64,000 bases of DNA. Source: a bacterium. Its GTDB lineage: Bacteria; Zhuqueibacterota; Zhuqueibacteria; Residuimicrobiales; Krinioviventaceae. The notes below the pieces were generated by a model. The model saw only the letters and a list, made by a program, of their open reading frames with translations, had not been told where the DNA came from and ran no database searches. Position 1 is the stretch's first letter. Every line of letters starts with the position of its first letter. Shown here one piece after another: positions 20,371 to 29,569 of this stretch. Position numbers and translations under genes: made by a program. The stretch covers positions 1,408,001 to 1,472,000 of the forward strand of contig CAXXMD010000003.1 in the NCBI GenBank assembly GCA_963675755.2, written 5' to 3'.

Positions 20371-20580
20371 ATGTTGAATTTTGACTGGTTAACCGGGATC
20401 TCCATGCCCGTAGCCAAAATGATATTTCTGGGACTCTTTGTCTTTTTGGGAATTTTAGTTTTGTTGATCCCTAAAAGTTTTATTTATGAAGGCGTAGAAA
20501 ATCCGCGTTGGTTCCATAATATTAAAATATGGGCCATTGGCGATTTACTGTTCATTTTTATTGTTTATTTTATATTCTAA
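20371..20580 (+). CDS. Small two-TM membrane protein
   Basis: RBS GGAG; hydrophobic; co-oriented directly after the SSS gene. Confidence 0.7.
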   Translation: MLNFDWLTGISMPVAKMIFLGLFVFLGILVLLIPKSFIYEGVENPRWFHNIKIWAIGDLLFIFIVYFIF

Positions 20581-20590
20581 GAGAGAGATT

Positions 20591-20821
20591 ATGGCAGAAT
20601 TATCCAAAGATATACAAGTTAAATTACAAAATGCCGAAATTTTACGTGCATTGGGTGTATTTTTAGGTGGGTTTGGATTGATTGTTTTATTTGCAATCTT
20701 TTTTACAGATACCCCTCAGGGTAAAATCACCAACCTGATAGCAGGGCTCATTTTAACCCTGTTTGGTCTGGGTATGATACTGAGGGGCTCACTGCAAATA
20801 AAAACATTCAAAAAAAATTAG
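20591..20821 (+). CDS. Small two-TM membrane protein
   Basis: ATG 20591 (MAELSKD...), two hydrophobic helices; stop overlaps the convergent gene's stop by 4 nt. Confidence 0.7.
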   Translation: MAELSKDIQVKLQNAEILRALGVFLGGFGLIVLFAIFFTDTPQGKITNLIAGLILTLFGLGMILRGSLQIKTFKKN

Positions 20822-21840
20822 ACTTCTACCGGCATACCGGAGATTGAAGATCGATAGGCTGCTTCTACAATACGTACAACGGCTTGTCCTTCTTTGATCC
20901 CCGGAACCGGTATAATACGGTCCTTTACACACTCGACAAAATATGCCATCTGTTCAGTATAAATTGACTGATCACAATGTTCCTGCTTTGGAGGATCGAG
21001 TGGTGCCGGGGTAAATTCGCCGGGTGTTTCAGACAATTTTAATTTTACTTTTGTAGGAAACAGACTGGCATAACCTTTTTCACCAAACAATTGGGTGCCG
21101 GCCTCGGGACCATCCATATGTGGCTGCCACCAGCCACTTTCAATAATAGATACTGCACCTGTTTCCCATTCAATCCATAACAATCCTGAATCATCTACAT
21201 CATAATCGCCAAACCGTGTACTGATATTGGCAAAAACCCGTTTTGCTTTGGGCTCACCCAGCAAATACCTTACGGTATCAATTGCGTGCACACCCATATC
21301 AATCAATGCGCCGCCACCCGCCAGCTTTTTATTCACAAACCAGCCTTCGGGTCCCCAATTTTCATGGATTCCGTATCCCTTTGTTTTAAAAATGGGGCCC
21401 AGTTGTCCGGATTCAATCATATTTTTAATAAATTGAGCTTCTTTATCAAATCGCCACATGTGCCCTACAAGTACAATACCTTCATTCTCACGAGCAACTT
21501 TGTATATATCATCACACTCGGATGATGTCATGGTGGCCGGTTTTTCTATCAGTACATCTTTGCCCTGTTCAAGCGCCTTGATTGCATAAGGAGCATGATA
21601 CGCATTGGGAACACATAACACAACCGCATCAATATCTGAACGACTGAAAACCGCATCCGGATCTGTTACAACATCAGCTATTCCGTGACGTTCGGCAAAA
21701 TCCCGGGCTTTTTGTTCATCTATATCACAAACCACCGTCACTTCAGCATTGGGTTGAGCCAAAACACCACAGGTATGGTAATCGGCAATATAACCCGCAC
21801 CAATCACTCCAAACCGCAGGGTTTCTTCAACAGTTATCAT
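20818..21840 (-). CDS. Gfo/Idh/MocA-family NAD(P)-dependent oxidoreductase
   Basis: 'GVIGAGYIA', 'VLIEKP', 'GGGALIDMGVHAID'. Confidence 0.93.
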   Translation of the reverse strand: MITVEETLRFGVIGAGYIADYHTCGVLAQPNAEVTVVCDIDEQKARDFAERHGIADVVTDPDAVFSRSDIDAVVLCVPNAYHAPYAIKALEQGKDVLIEKPATMTSSECDDIYKVARENEGIVLVGHMWRFDKEAQFIKNMIESGQLGPIFKTKGYGIHENWGPEGWFVNKKLAGGGALIDMGVHAIDTVRYLLGEPKAKRVFANISTRFGDYDVDDSGLLWIEWETGAVSIIESGWWQPHMDGPEAGTQLFGEKGYASLFPTKVKLKLSETPGEFTPAPLDPPKQEHCDQSIYTEQMAYFVECVKDRIIPVPGIKEGQAVVRIVEAAYRSSISGMPVEV

Positions 21841-23111
21841 AATAATTCTTCCGCGTTTTTATAAATTTTTTCAATGGCTTCTGCCATCATATCCAAATCT
21901 GAACGATCACCATCCAGAATGGAAAAATGAAGACAAACAGATTCATTTTCAAATGCATTGGTAGCTACGGGCAAATCAAAACGTTTGGGATCAATTTCCT
22001 GCCAGTGCTGTTCGGTAATTTTGTATCGCCAGGGTTTGGTATGAGGGGTGTACAATTCACAATTATTCAGTGGATTATAGCAAGAGTCCACTTCATAACC
22101 CAACTCTTTACCCAGAGCTTCTCTGAATTTCTGCACGGAAAGCCCTTTAAACTCGTCACTGAAAAACCGGAACGCAAAGTTAAAATAGGCTTCCTGAGTT
22201 TCTCTTTCATCGCGGAACATGGGTTTAACGCCCGGCAATTTTTCCAACAGACTGTTTATATATTTAGCCTGTTCATCACGGGTTTTGGTTTGTTCAGGCA
22301 GTTTATAAACCTGTTCTAACAAAATGGCTGCCTGCAAATCAGTGATACGGTAATTACCGGATTGGATAAAATTCCCCTCGCTACCGTATACGTCTTCTTC
22401 TGCGGAGGCGCTGGAATCAGACTCGGGACGACGACCACAATTGCGCAGAGCATCCAGTTTTTCATACAATTCAAAATCGCTGGTAGTCAATGCGCCGCCT
22501 TCACCCGCTGTCATGAGCTTTGACAACTGGAAACTAAAACTGCCGATATGTCCAATACTACCTGCTTTTTTACCTTTCCATTCACCGCCATGCTTATGCG
22601 CGGCATCTTCCAGTACGTACAGATTGTGCTTGTTTGCAATATCCATAATTGCATCCATGTCTGCCATGCTGCCATATAAATGCACCGGAACAATCGCTTT
22701 GGTACGCGGCGTAATGGCTGCTTCAACCGCTTTGGGGTCGATACACCAGGTATCGGGAGTAACATCTACAATGATAGGAACAGCATTGTTATCCAGTACA
22801 CATGCTGCTGTGGCCTGCCAGGTGAGACCGGGAACAATCACTTCATCTCCCCAGCCAATACCCATGGCTTCTAATGCGAGCTGCAGGGTAACGGTACCGT
22901 TCACAGAACAAACAACATATTTGGAACCAATATACTCTGCAAACGCCTTGTTAAAGGCTGTTTCTTTGGGTCCGTTATAAGACCAAACTCCGCTGTGTAA
23001 AACCTCAAGCAGCGCTTTTTCTTCTTTATCATCCCATACCGGCCATTTGGGCCAGGGTTTGGTTTTTGTGTCTCTGACGGGAGAACCTCCCAGTATGGCT
23101 AATGCAGACAT
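21837..23111 (-). CDS. DegT/DnrJ/EryC1/StrS PLP aminotransferase (BtrR/RifK-like subgroup)
   Basis: 'WPKWP', 'GDEVIVPGLTWQATA', 'VHLYG', 'EDAAH', 'SFQLSKLMTAGEGG' (PLP lysine). Start moved to ATG 23111, after AAGGAG. ATGA-type overlap with the downstream gene. Confidence 0.92.
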   Translation of the reverse strand: MSALAILGGSPVRDTKTKPWPKWPVWDDKEEKALLEVLHSGVWSYNGPKETAFNKAFAEYIGSKYVVCSVNGTVTLQLALEAMGIGWGDEVIVPGLTWQATAACVLDNNAVPIIVDVTPDTWCIDPKAVEAAITPRTKAIVPVHLYGSMADMDAIMDIANKHNLYVLEDAAHKHGGEWKGKKAGSIGHIGSFSFQLSKLMTAGEGGALTTSDFELYEKLDALRNCGRRPESDSSASAEEDVYGSEGNFIQSGNYRITDLQAAILLEQVYKLPEQTKTRDEQAKYINSLLEKLPGVKPMFRDERETQEAYFNFAFRFFSDEFKGLSVQKFREALGKELGYEVDSCYNPLNNCELYTPHTKPWRYKITEQHWQEIDPKRFDLPVATNAFENESVCLHFSILDGDRSDLDMMAEAIEKIYKNAEELL

Positions 23112-23121
23112 ATCGTGCTCC

Positions 23122-25689
23122 TTATAATTGACATGTAGTCTCTTTAACATTCCAACCGGCAATATTCAATTTGCCAGGTACAATACTTACTTTATCCCCC
23201 AATGTTGCTGTTATTACCCGTGTTTCATGTGGTAAAACAGTTATGTAATTATCAAACCAGAATACCGGCAATATTTCTTCATCATTGCTACCTGTAATTT
23301 CCATTTCCATGAAAAAGGCAATGTCATTACCCTTGTTTTCCAATACAATGTTTACCTGACGGCTTTTATCATCATACCCGGCTTTGACGCTGATCTCTAC
23401 TATAGGCAACTCATTCAATGCCTTGTAATCTGCAAATTCCTTACTTGCGGTATAAAATGACCACAAACCATCTTTGGTATCATAATCCAATACATCGGAT
23501 TTGGATGACAGCCAGTACATATTGGGTGCCAATGACGATGCACCATCCTGCTGAATTCGCAGATCCAGCAGCACTACCGGATTGTCGAATGTTGGCAAGT
23601 CCAGTAATTTTTCCGAGCTGTCTGCCTTTAATGTTTGCGCAATTGTTTTTTCAAACAGAACGTTAGCTTTTAAATCGTATACTTTGACTGAAACAGTTAC
23701 CGGCTTTTCAGACAGAAAATCATTAATTCCATAAACCGCATGCTCTCCGTAATGATAAATCGCGTTCAAAGGACGGCAGCCCAGTCGGGTTGAATAGTAT
23801 GCCGCATTGGGACGTAAAGCATGGTCATACAATTGCCAGTACAGTTTGGGCCAGGCAGCGTTAAGCATCCATTGTACTACGCCGGTTGCCCTGCCCTTGT
23901 TGGCCTGAAACGCTTCAAACATGGGGCGCTGCAGCTCGTAATTCATCAACTGTGAACGCATAGAAAAGGATTCCAGGCTATCCGGTTTACCAAAGCGATG
24001 TTCCATGGCCCTGTTAAATCGGTCTAGATGACGGAACTCGTTCAAACCGCAATGGAATTCCCACACCTCATCAATAGGCCATTGATGTTCATCCGGCAGC
24101 ATTTCTTTCAGAGATTTCAATACCGGCGGCTGCTCTCCAGGTCCGGTTTCGGTGTTGAATCCATAGGCGCCGCCAAGTTTAGTATCGGTATACCAGTATA
24201 CCGGTGGTGTGTAGGCATAGGGTCCCAGCATTTTCACACGTGACGATCCGCTGATTTCGCTGACAATCTCGTGATCGGTTATAATACCCTGTTCACTTCC
24301 ATACCCGCCGGTAGAGTTGAGATAGGGTCTTGTGGTGTCATACTTTTCAAAAATCTTGACATATTCGCGTTCCAGATCGGGATGCGGATTTTTATCACTG
24401 GCCACTGCCCATACAAATATGGAAGGATGGTGACGCAGCCACAGCATTTGGTGCTGCCACGATTCTGCAATCAACGCAATATCTTCTTTGGATACGGGGC
24501 CACCATAGCGGTTGTCCACAGGTTTACCGAGATATTGTTCATGCTCCCAGTGACAACTCCAACCCACCATCATCAGGATGCCGTTTTCATCGCAGAGGTC
24601 ATATATTTTATGGTCTTTGCCCCAAAATCCTTCAAGGCGGATCGAGTTCAGGTTCATGTGCTTAACATATTCGATCTGGGTTTCCAGGTTTTCATCTGTC
24701 TCCATTAAAAACAGCTCGTCGGCCCAGCCACCGGAACGGATCAGTACTTTTTGTCCGTTTACCTTGTAACCGCGGTGCCCGCCCTCGTTTACATAGTCTT
24801 CAACGGTCCGGATTCCAAAACGGCTTGTATTTTGATCGGCAATTTGATTATCAATAATAAATTCAAGCTCCAGATCATAAAGATGGGGCTCGCCCAGATT
24901 TACCGGGTTCCACACACGGGGATTCTCAATCACCAATTCAGGACAAACGTTTGCCTTGAGGGACAAAAAAAGGTTTTCCCCGGCTTTCAAGGTAACATCC
25001 TGGCTAAAGGTTTTGTCTTCAATACGGCCTTTGAGTGTACCGCTTACCGGAGCGTCCGCGTAATTGGTCAGCTCGGCATTGACGGTCAATTCTGCCACAC
25101 TAAAATTGTCTTTGGGGAATACAGTCTCTACAAAGGGATGGTCGATTGCAACACGGTCGCAGGTTTTTAGAATAACCGGGCGAAACAGACCCATATTGTC
25201 ATCCGGGGCATAGGGGTTCCAGTCCACATACCCGATTGCGTAATCTCCCGGTTGGGGTTTAAATACTTCAACCGCCAGCACATTACTACCGGATACGGCC
25301 TGTTTGCTGACATCAAAGGTGAACTGACGATAGGTGCCATAGACAGTATCTTTGGTGACAACACATTCACCATTCAGCCAAATGTTTGCGCTGTGATTAA
25401 TGCCTTCAAAGGTCAGGGTTACGGTTTTACCGGCCTGATCTTCCGTCAGATCAAAAACGGTTCGGTACCACCAGGAGGTTTGAAACCGATCTTTGGGGAT
25501 CTCTTTGAGATTGGTGCCTTTGAACGGCTCTTTATATTCACCGGCATTAACCAGTGTGCCCATGACCGTACCGGGCATGAGGGCTTTGTAATCATTCGCA
25601 TTATCATATTGCTGCGAGGAAAAAGTCTCTGCATTTGCTGCATTTTCACTTGAAGAAAGGGTCCAGTTATCCAGTTTAATTGTGGGCAT
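23122..25689 (-). CDS. GH2 exo-beta-D-glucosaminidase (CsxA-like), no signal peptide
   Basis: 'NSIRLEGFWG', 'GWSCHWE', 'HPSIFVWAVASD' (acid/base Asp), 'KMLGPYAYTPPVYWY', 'FNTETGPG' (nucleophile Glu) match the CsxA-type GH2 pattern. Start is ATG 25689 or 25695. Confidence 0.85.
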   Translation of the reverse strand: MPTIKLDNWTLSSSENAANAETFSSQQYDNANDYKALMPGTVMGTLVNAGEYKEPFKGTNLKEIPKDRFQTSWWYRTVFDLTEDQAGKTVTLTFEGINHSANIWLNGECVVTKDTVYGTYRQFTFDVSKQAVSGSNVLAVEVFKPQPGDYAIGYVDWNPYAPDDNMGLFRPVILKTCDRVAIDHPFVETVFPKDNFSVAELTVNAELTNYADAPVSGTLKGRIEDKTFSQDVTLKAGENLFLSLKANVCPELVIENPRVWNPVNLGEPHLYDLELEFIIDNQIADQNTSRFGIRTVEDYVNEGGHRGYKVNGQKVLIRSGGWADELFLMETDENLETQIEYVKHMNLNSIRLEGFWGKDHKIYDLCDENGILMMVGWSCHWEHEQYLGKPVDNRYGGPVSKEDIALIAESWQHQMLWLRHHPSIFVWAVASDKNPHPDLEREYVKIFEKYDTTRPYLNSTGGYGSEQGIITDHEIVSEISGSSRVKMLGPYAYTPPVYWYTDTKLGGAYGFNTETGPGEQPPVLKSLKEMLPDEHQWPIDEVWEFHCGLNEFRHLDRFNRAMEHRFGKPDSLESFSMRSQLMNYELQRPMFEAFQANKGRATGVVQWMLNAAWPKLYWQLYDHALRPNAAYYSTRLGCRPLNAIYHYGEHAVYGINDFLSEKPVTVSVKVYDLKANVLFEKTIAQTLKADSSEKLLDLPTFDNPVVLLDLRIQQDGASSLAPNMYWLSSKSDVLDYDTKDGLWSFYTASKEFADYKALNELPIVEISVKAGYDDKSRQVNIVLENKGNDIAFFMEMEITGSNDEEILPVFWFDNYITVLPHETRVITATLGDKVSIVPGKLNIAGWNVKETTCQL

Positions 25690-25960
25690 AAACATCAACT
25701 CTATTTTGAGATTCAGGTTTGGTGCGTCAAATATGCACAAACCAATTTAAGATGAATTAATTTTTACCAGAAGAGTGAATTCGGAACTATCAAGAATAGC
25801 AATATACATTCAAAACAGGCCAAAATCAACCCCTTTTGGCTATTGTAATTGAATTTTCTATAAAAAGCGGCAAAATTGATCAGGTCAAGAACGATTCACT
25901 TTGGTTGGGCACGTGTGAGGGGAGATATACCCATATACAGTTTACCGCTCTGCTTAGTAC

Positions 25961-25993
25961 TGATCATGACAGAGATAATCTCTGTCACGATCA
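25961..25993. repeat. Family-B REP-like palindrome, copy 1
   Basis: TGATCATGACAGAGAT-A-ATCTCTGTCACGATCA. Confidence 0.9.
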
Positions 25994-26072
25994 TATTTTG
26001 AGTAAACATTAAGTTAGGCATGTTTTTCTTATTTATCTCTCTTTTGCTCAAAAAAATTGCATAAAATACTTG

Positions 26073-26101
26073 TTGATATTCACTAACCCGGATTGTATAA
26101 T
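26073..26101 (+). promoter_or_regulatory. Sigma-70 promoter
   Basis: TTGATA-N17-TATAAT, 75 nt upstream of the CDS at 26177. Confidence 0.6.
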
Positions 26102-26176
26102 ATATAATATATGAAAAACAGCTCATAACCGGACATCCATTATTATGGATCGTTCCAGCTACAAAAGGGAAATCCC

Positions 26177-28150
26177 ATGAAACAGTTACTATTTGTTGTA
26201 TTTTCCGTCTTAATCATTACATTTTGTTCAAGCTGCAACCAAAATCCCAATTCCCTCAAAATAAATTATGCGCGTTCCGAAAACAGAGAGTCCTGGCGGC
26301 ATCATCCGGTACTGGGTGATCCTTCTTTTGATACTTTTGAGCACAATACGGAGAATCCGGTCTACACCGGGGTACCCGGACTGGAATGGCCGGTAAACGG
26401 ATTCCTGTTCGAGGACCCGGTGAGTAAAAACTGGTATATCTATGTCGGGAATTACTCCCAGGGATATGGAATGGGACCGGACAAAATACACCAGTGTACC
26501 ATCTTTCGATCAACAAATCGCGGTAAGAACTGGGAATTTTTGGGTCCCATCTTTACAAAAGAGCCCTTTTATTTTAATGGTGATATTATCCCCGTCAAAA
26601 ATGCGCCTGATGTTTCGGTTGTATATGATAACGGGCGATACCACATGGCTTATGACTGGGCCAGTGCTGACGCGGACTGGAAAACGATCAAAGACGGTAA
26701 ATCCGGGGCGGGTTATGCGTGGAGCGATAGCCCGGAGGGTCCCTTTCACCGCACTCCTGAACCGCTTATCCGTAACGGTCGGCAATTCAACAATCCGATA
26801 TACCAAAAATACGATCGCTTTTACGCGTCTACCCTCGTCCGGCGGCAACATGACTGGCTGCTGTTGACCATAATCGATTCGGGGCATTATTTTGCGTGGG
26901 GACTTGTGGGTTCTACTGCTAAAAATCCGGAAGGTCCTTACAGCGAACCGGTTCCCCTGTTTCATGTAGAGGGAAACACCTTTCAGCCTCCGTTAATGGA
27001 GTATTTCCCCTCCTTTGTTCATGACGGTTGGATCTATGCTCCATCTACTTCTGTTGCGAACAATCGAAATTATCAGATGATGCAGCGGGTGCCGATTGAA
27101 CAGGCAATGGACCCAAAGGCCTGGGAGCTCTGGCAGGCAGGATCAGTGTGGCACGCTCTGCCGGTACCCAATGAATACCACGGCATCTGGGGCCAGACCC
27201 TTACCGGCTTTGTAGATGAAAATAATACTTTTCAGGTCATGTTTCCCAGCCGCACAAAAGACAATCTTGGGACTATAAACATTGCATCCCGGCCCTGGGA
27301 GCAGCCCTATAACAAACAGGGTTTCACCCTCAGCAGTCACGAGGGTCCATCTCTCACCCTGATAAAAAAAGAATACCAAGATTTCAGACTCGAAACCTCC
27401 TTTACATTAACCGGCAGCGCGACATTTTTCTGGGCGCATACTGCACCTCTCGGTCCGAACAAACCGCAGAGCGGGGCCAATGTACATCCAATATCCATGA
27501 CCCGTTACAACGGATTCTCTCTTTCCGACAGCTCCTGGCAGGTTATCTCTGTGGATGAATTCGGGAATGCGCATCAAATCGCATCCGGACTGATCGATAA
27601 AAGAACAAAACATCAACTGGATATTGATCAAAAAGATGATCTTTTGAAAATAACTTTAGACAATACACTCCTATGGCAGAATAGCATGAAAAGCCAATCC
27701 GGGAAAATCGGGTTACTGCTCGATAAACACAGTAACCTGAAGGTAAACTCTTTTGAGGTGACCGGCAAGGCAAAACCAGGCGTGACTACCCTGCTCTATA
27801 CGGAAGGCTTGTTAGGTGCGGGACAATCTATGCATGATTGGGAAAATGACGAATCCCCGTATTTCAGGTACGACATAGGGGCCATCTCAAAAGCGGAGAA
27901 CCAGGGGCGCATCAAATGGAATTATCACGGCAGCGGGTTCACGCTCTGGTCTCCCAAAGGTCCGAAATTCGGCAGTGCGGAGGTCTTTTTTGACGGAGTA
28001 AAAAAGGGCACCGTTGATCTGTACGCACCATCGGGAACGACGTCGGCTCCGGTTTTTACGTTAAAAGATGTGCCGGTTGGGTATCATGCAATCGTTGTGG
28101 AAAGCAAATCCGGCCGGTTGGTTGTGGATTGTGTTGATGTGATGGATTGA
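26177..28150 (+). CDS. Lipoprotein, probable five-bladed beta-propeller glycoside hydrolase-like (GH43/GH32 clan) with C-terminal beta-sandwich domains
   Basis: Lipobox-like 'FCSSC'; propeller-type repeats 'APDVSVVYDNGRYHMAY', 'YAWSDSPEGPF', 'TAKNPEGPYS'. Family assignment is uncertain. Confidence 0.55.
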   Translation: MKQLLFVVFSVLIITFCSSCNQNPNSLKINYARSENRESWRHHPVLGDPSFDTFEHNTENPVYTGVPGLEWPVNGFLFEDPVSKNWYIYVGNYSQGYGMGPDKIHQCTIFRSTNRGKNWEFLGPIFTKEPFYFNGDIIPVKNAPDVSVVYDNGRYHMAYDWASADADWKTIKDGKSGAGYAWSDSPEGPFHRTPEPLIRNGRQFNNPIYQKYDRFYASTLVRRQHDWLLLTIIDSGHYFAWGLVGSTAKNPEGPYSEPVPLFHVEGNTFQPPLMEYFPSFVHDGWIYAPSTSVANNRNYQMMQRVPIEQAMDPKAWELWQAGSVWHALPVPNEYHGIWGQTLTGFVDENNTFQVMFPSRTKDNLGTINIASRPWEQPYNKQGFTLSSHEGPSLTLIKKEYQDFRLETSFTLTGSATFFWAHTAPLGPNKPQSGANVHPISMTRYNGFSLSDSSWQVISVDEFGNAHQIASGLIDKRTKHQLDIDQKDDLLKITLDNTLLWQNSMKSQSGKIGLLLDKHSNLKVNSFEVTGKAKPGVTTLLYTEGLLGAGQSMHDWENDESPYFRYDIGAISKAENQGRIKWNYHGSGFTLWSPKGPKFGSAEVFFDGVKKGTVDLYAPSGTTSAPVFTLKDVPVGYHAIVVESKSGRLVVDCVDVMD

Positions 28151-28242
28151 GATTCATTTCACTAAAATAAAAAGTCCTGACTAAATACATCAGAGATTAA
28201 GATTATTAAAATCGGGGATTTTTAAAGCATTGAGGTAAAAAT

Positions 28243-29136
28243 ATGAAATTATCAAATCTCATAATATCTACCACTCTTTGTCTATTACTTTTCACATGTA
28301 CTACCGAAAAAAATCCATTATTACCACATGTGAATCAAGGAACCCAACATCTTGATTCTACAAAAGTATATGTTAAAGATGGGATATCTATTAATGTAAA
28401 TTCAATTAAATCTGTTTATAATCTGGACGATACACTAAAAGGTAATCTATCCTTGGTAAACGAGAATAATAACAATGGATTTGATATTCATATTGGAAGT
28501 TATCCCCCGCCAGGCGGATATTATATTATAGATGAAAATGGGGATAGTCTATATTTTAGTGCCAAAATGATAGGGGCAATGGTTTTACGAGAGAATTTAT
28601 TACCAGGTGATTCTTTAAATGTAAATATTAATTGGAACCAGTTAATTTCAATAGCTAACAATAACTCATCAGGATTAAAAATTTTTTCAGGGAATTACAA
28701 ACTACAGGGAAAATTCTGGGGTAATGATACTTTGAAAAATAAAAGTGTTATAAAATGGTTCGAGATAACCGAAGAAGGTGATCCGATATCAATTAAAGCC
28801 CATAGACACTATGAAGTACAAGATTCATTCAAAGTCTCATTAATCATCAGAAACAGAGTAAGCACCAGACAAATCTATACTGTTGAGAATCAGAATACTA
28901 TTGAAATACATTATATGCATTATGGTGAATTAATGTCTAGTCAATATGATGTATTGGAATTAGAGGGTGACAAGTTAGAATTTGATCCAAAATCGGATCA
29001 AACAATTTATACATATTCCATATCAAAACAGGATTCATCACTATCGAAATTAAAAGGGGCTTTTGATTTACATTTTATAATACGTTGTAAAGAAAGAAAC
29101 CTTGAAACAGCAATTGGTGGTATAAATATTTATTGA
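28243..29136 (+). CDS. Hypothetical lipoprotein with Ig-like domains (AT-rich gene)
   Basis: 'LLFTC' lipobox; 'LLPGDSLNVNINWNQ...SGNYKLQG' Ig/BsuPI-like segment; visibly more AT-rich than its neighbours. Confidence 0.7.
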   Translation: MKLSNLIISTTLCLLLFTCTTEKNPLLPHVNQGTQHLDSTKVYVKDGISINVNSIKSVYNLDDTLKGNLSLVNENNNNGFDIHIGSYPPPGGYYIIDENGDSLYFSAKMIGAMVLRENLLPGDSLNVNINWNQLISIANNNSSGLKIFSGNYKLQGKFWGNDTLKNKSVIKWFEITEEGDPISIKAHRHYEVQDSFKVSLIIRNRVSTRQIYTVENQNTIEIHYMHYGELMSSQYDVLELEGDKLEFDPKSDQTIYTYSISKQDSSLSKLKGAFDLHFIIRCKERNLETAIGGINIY

Positions 29137-29175
29137 GTGATATAAATTTATATAAAAAATTAGACACAACTAAAT

Positions 29176-29206
29176 ATCCGTGACAATTTGTGTTATCCGT
29201 GGGCAA
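29176..29206 (-). repeat. Family-A triplet repeat (GxxExxY-associated type)
   Basis: Reverse complement TTGCCCACGGATAACACAAATTGTCACGGAT. Confidence 0.75.
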
Positions 29207-29261
29207 TTTTCTCTTAATTCAAATCCTTATGGTAGTAGAAAATTCCATTTTTAAATGGAGA

Positions 29262-29292
29262 CTTGCCCGGCTCCTCGGAGGTGCCGGGCAAG
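29262..29292. repeat. GC-rich hairpin
   Basis: CTTGCCCGGC...GCCGGGCAAG stem. Confidence 0.6.
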
Positions 29293-29315
29293 ATAACTCC
29301 TATTTGCTAAAATCA

Positions 29316-29369
29316 GCCGGTTACTGAGTGCGAGTCCATTACAGCGGACGAGCGTATCGAAACACCGGC
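29316..29369 (+). repeat. Short relative of the core of the 222-bp family-C element
   Basis: GCCGGT-TACTGAG..CGAGTCC..GGACGAG..GTATCGAA-ACACCGGC shares CTGAG/CGAGTCC/GGACGAG/GTATCGAA with 37889..38110. Confidence 0.7.
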
Positions 29370-29374
29370 GACCT

Positions 29375-29405
29375 GATCGTGACAGAGATAATCTCTGTCA
29401 CGATC
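29375..29405. repeat. Family-B REP-like palindrome, copy 2 (perfect)
   Basis: GATCGTGACAGAGAT-A-ATCTCTGTCACGATC. Confidence 0.92.
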
Positions 29406-29468
29406 GTATTTGGAATTAACAATATTCATATAAATAATTAATTTGTAGAAATTTAGTCACAGTACAAT

Positions 29469-29522
29469 ATCTGTGACAATTCGTGTTATTCGTGGGCAAT
29501 ATTTTTTGTGCTTTGTGGGCAA
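29469..29522 (-). repeat. Family-A triplet repeat plus a partial copy
   Basis: ATCTGTGACAATTCGTGTTATTCGTGGGCAA (close to 29176-29206), followed by TTTGTGCTTTGTGGGCAA. Confidence 0.7.
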
Positions 29523-29569
29523 GTATTTTGCAGCCCATCTGCCAACAGACGGACGGGCTGCAAAGCAAG

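Noticed and set aside
25896-26126. 76-aa minus-strand ORF with a 'SGKLYMG' GIY-YIG-like fragment
   Set aside because: It runs through a family-B palindrome and a promoter; the similarity is only a few residues.
29324-29363. Hammerhead ribozyme resemblance (CTGA...GAGTCC-loop-GGACGA...GAAAC)
   Set aside because: The core is CTGAGTGCGA rather than CUGANGA, and stem II is followed by GAG rather than GAAA; the family-C copies deviate further.
28243-29522. Integron cassette (AT-rich gene followed by palindromes as attC)
   Set aside because: I found no RYYYAAC...GTTRRRY-bounded attC structure, cassette array or integrase.
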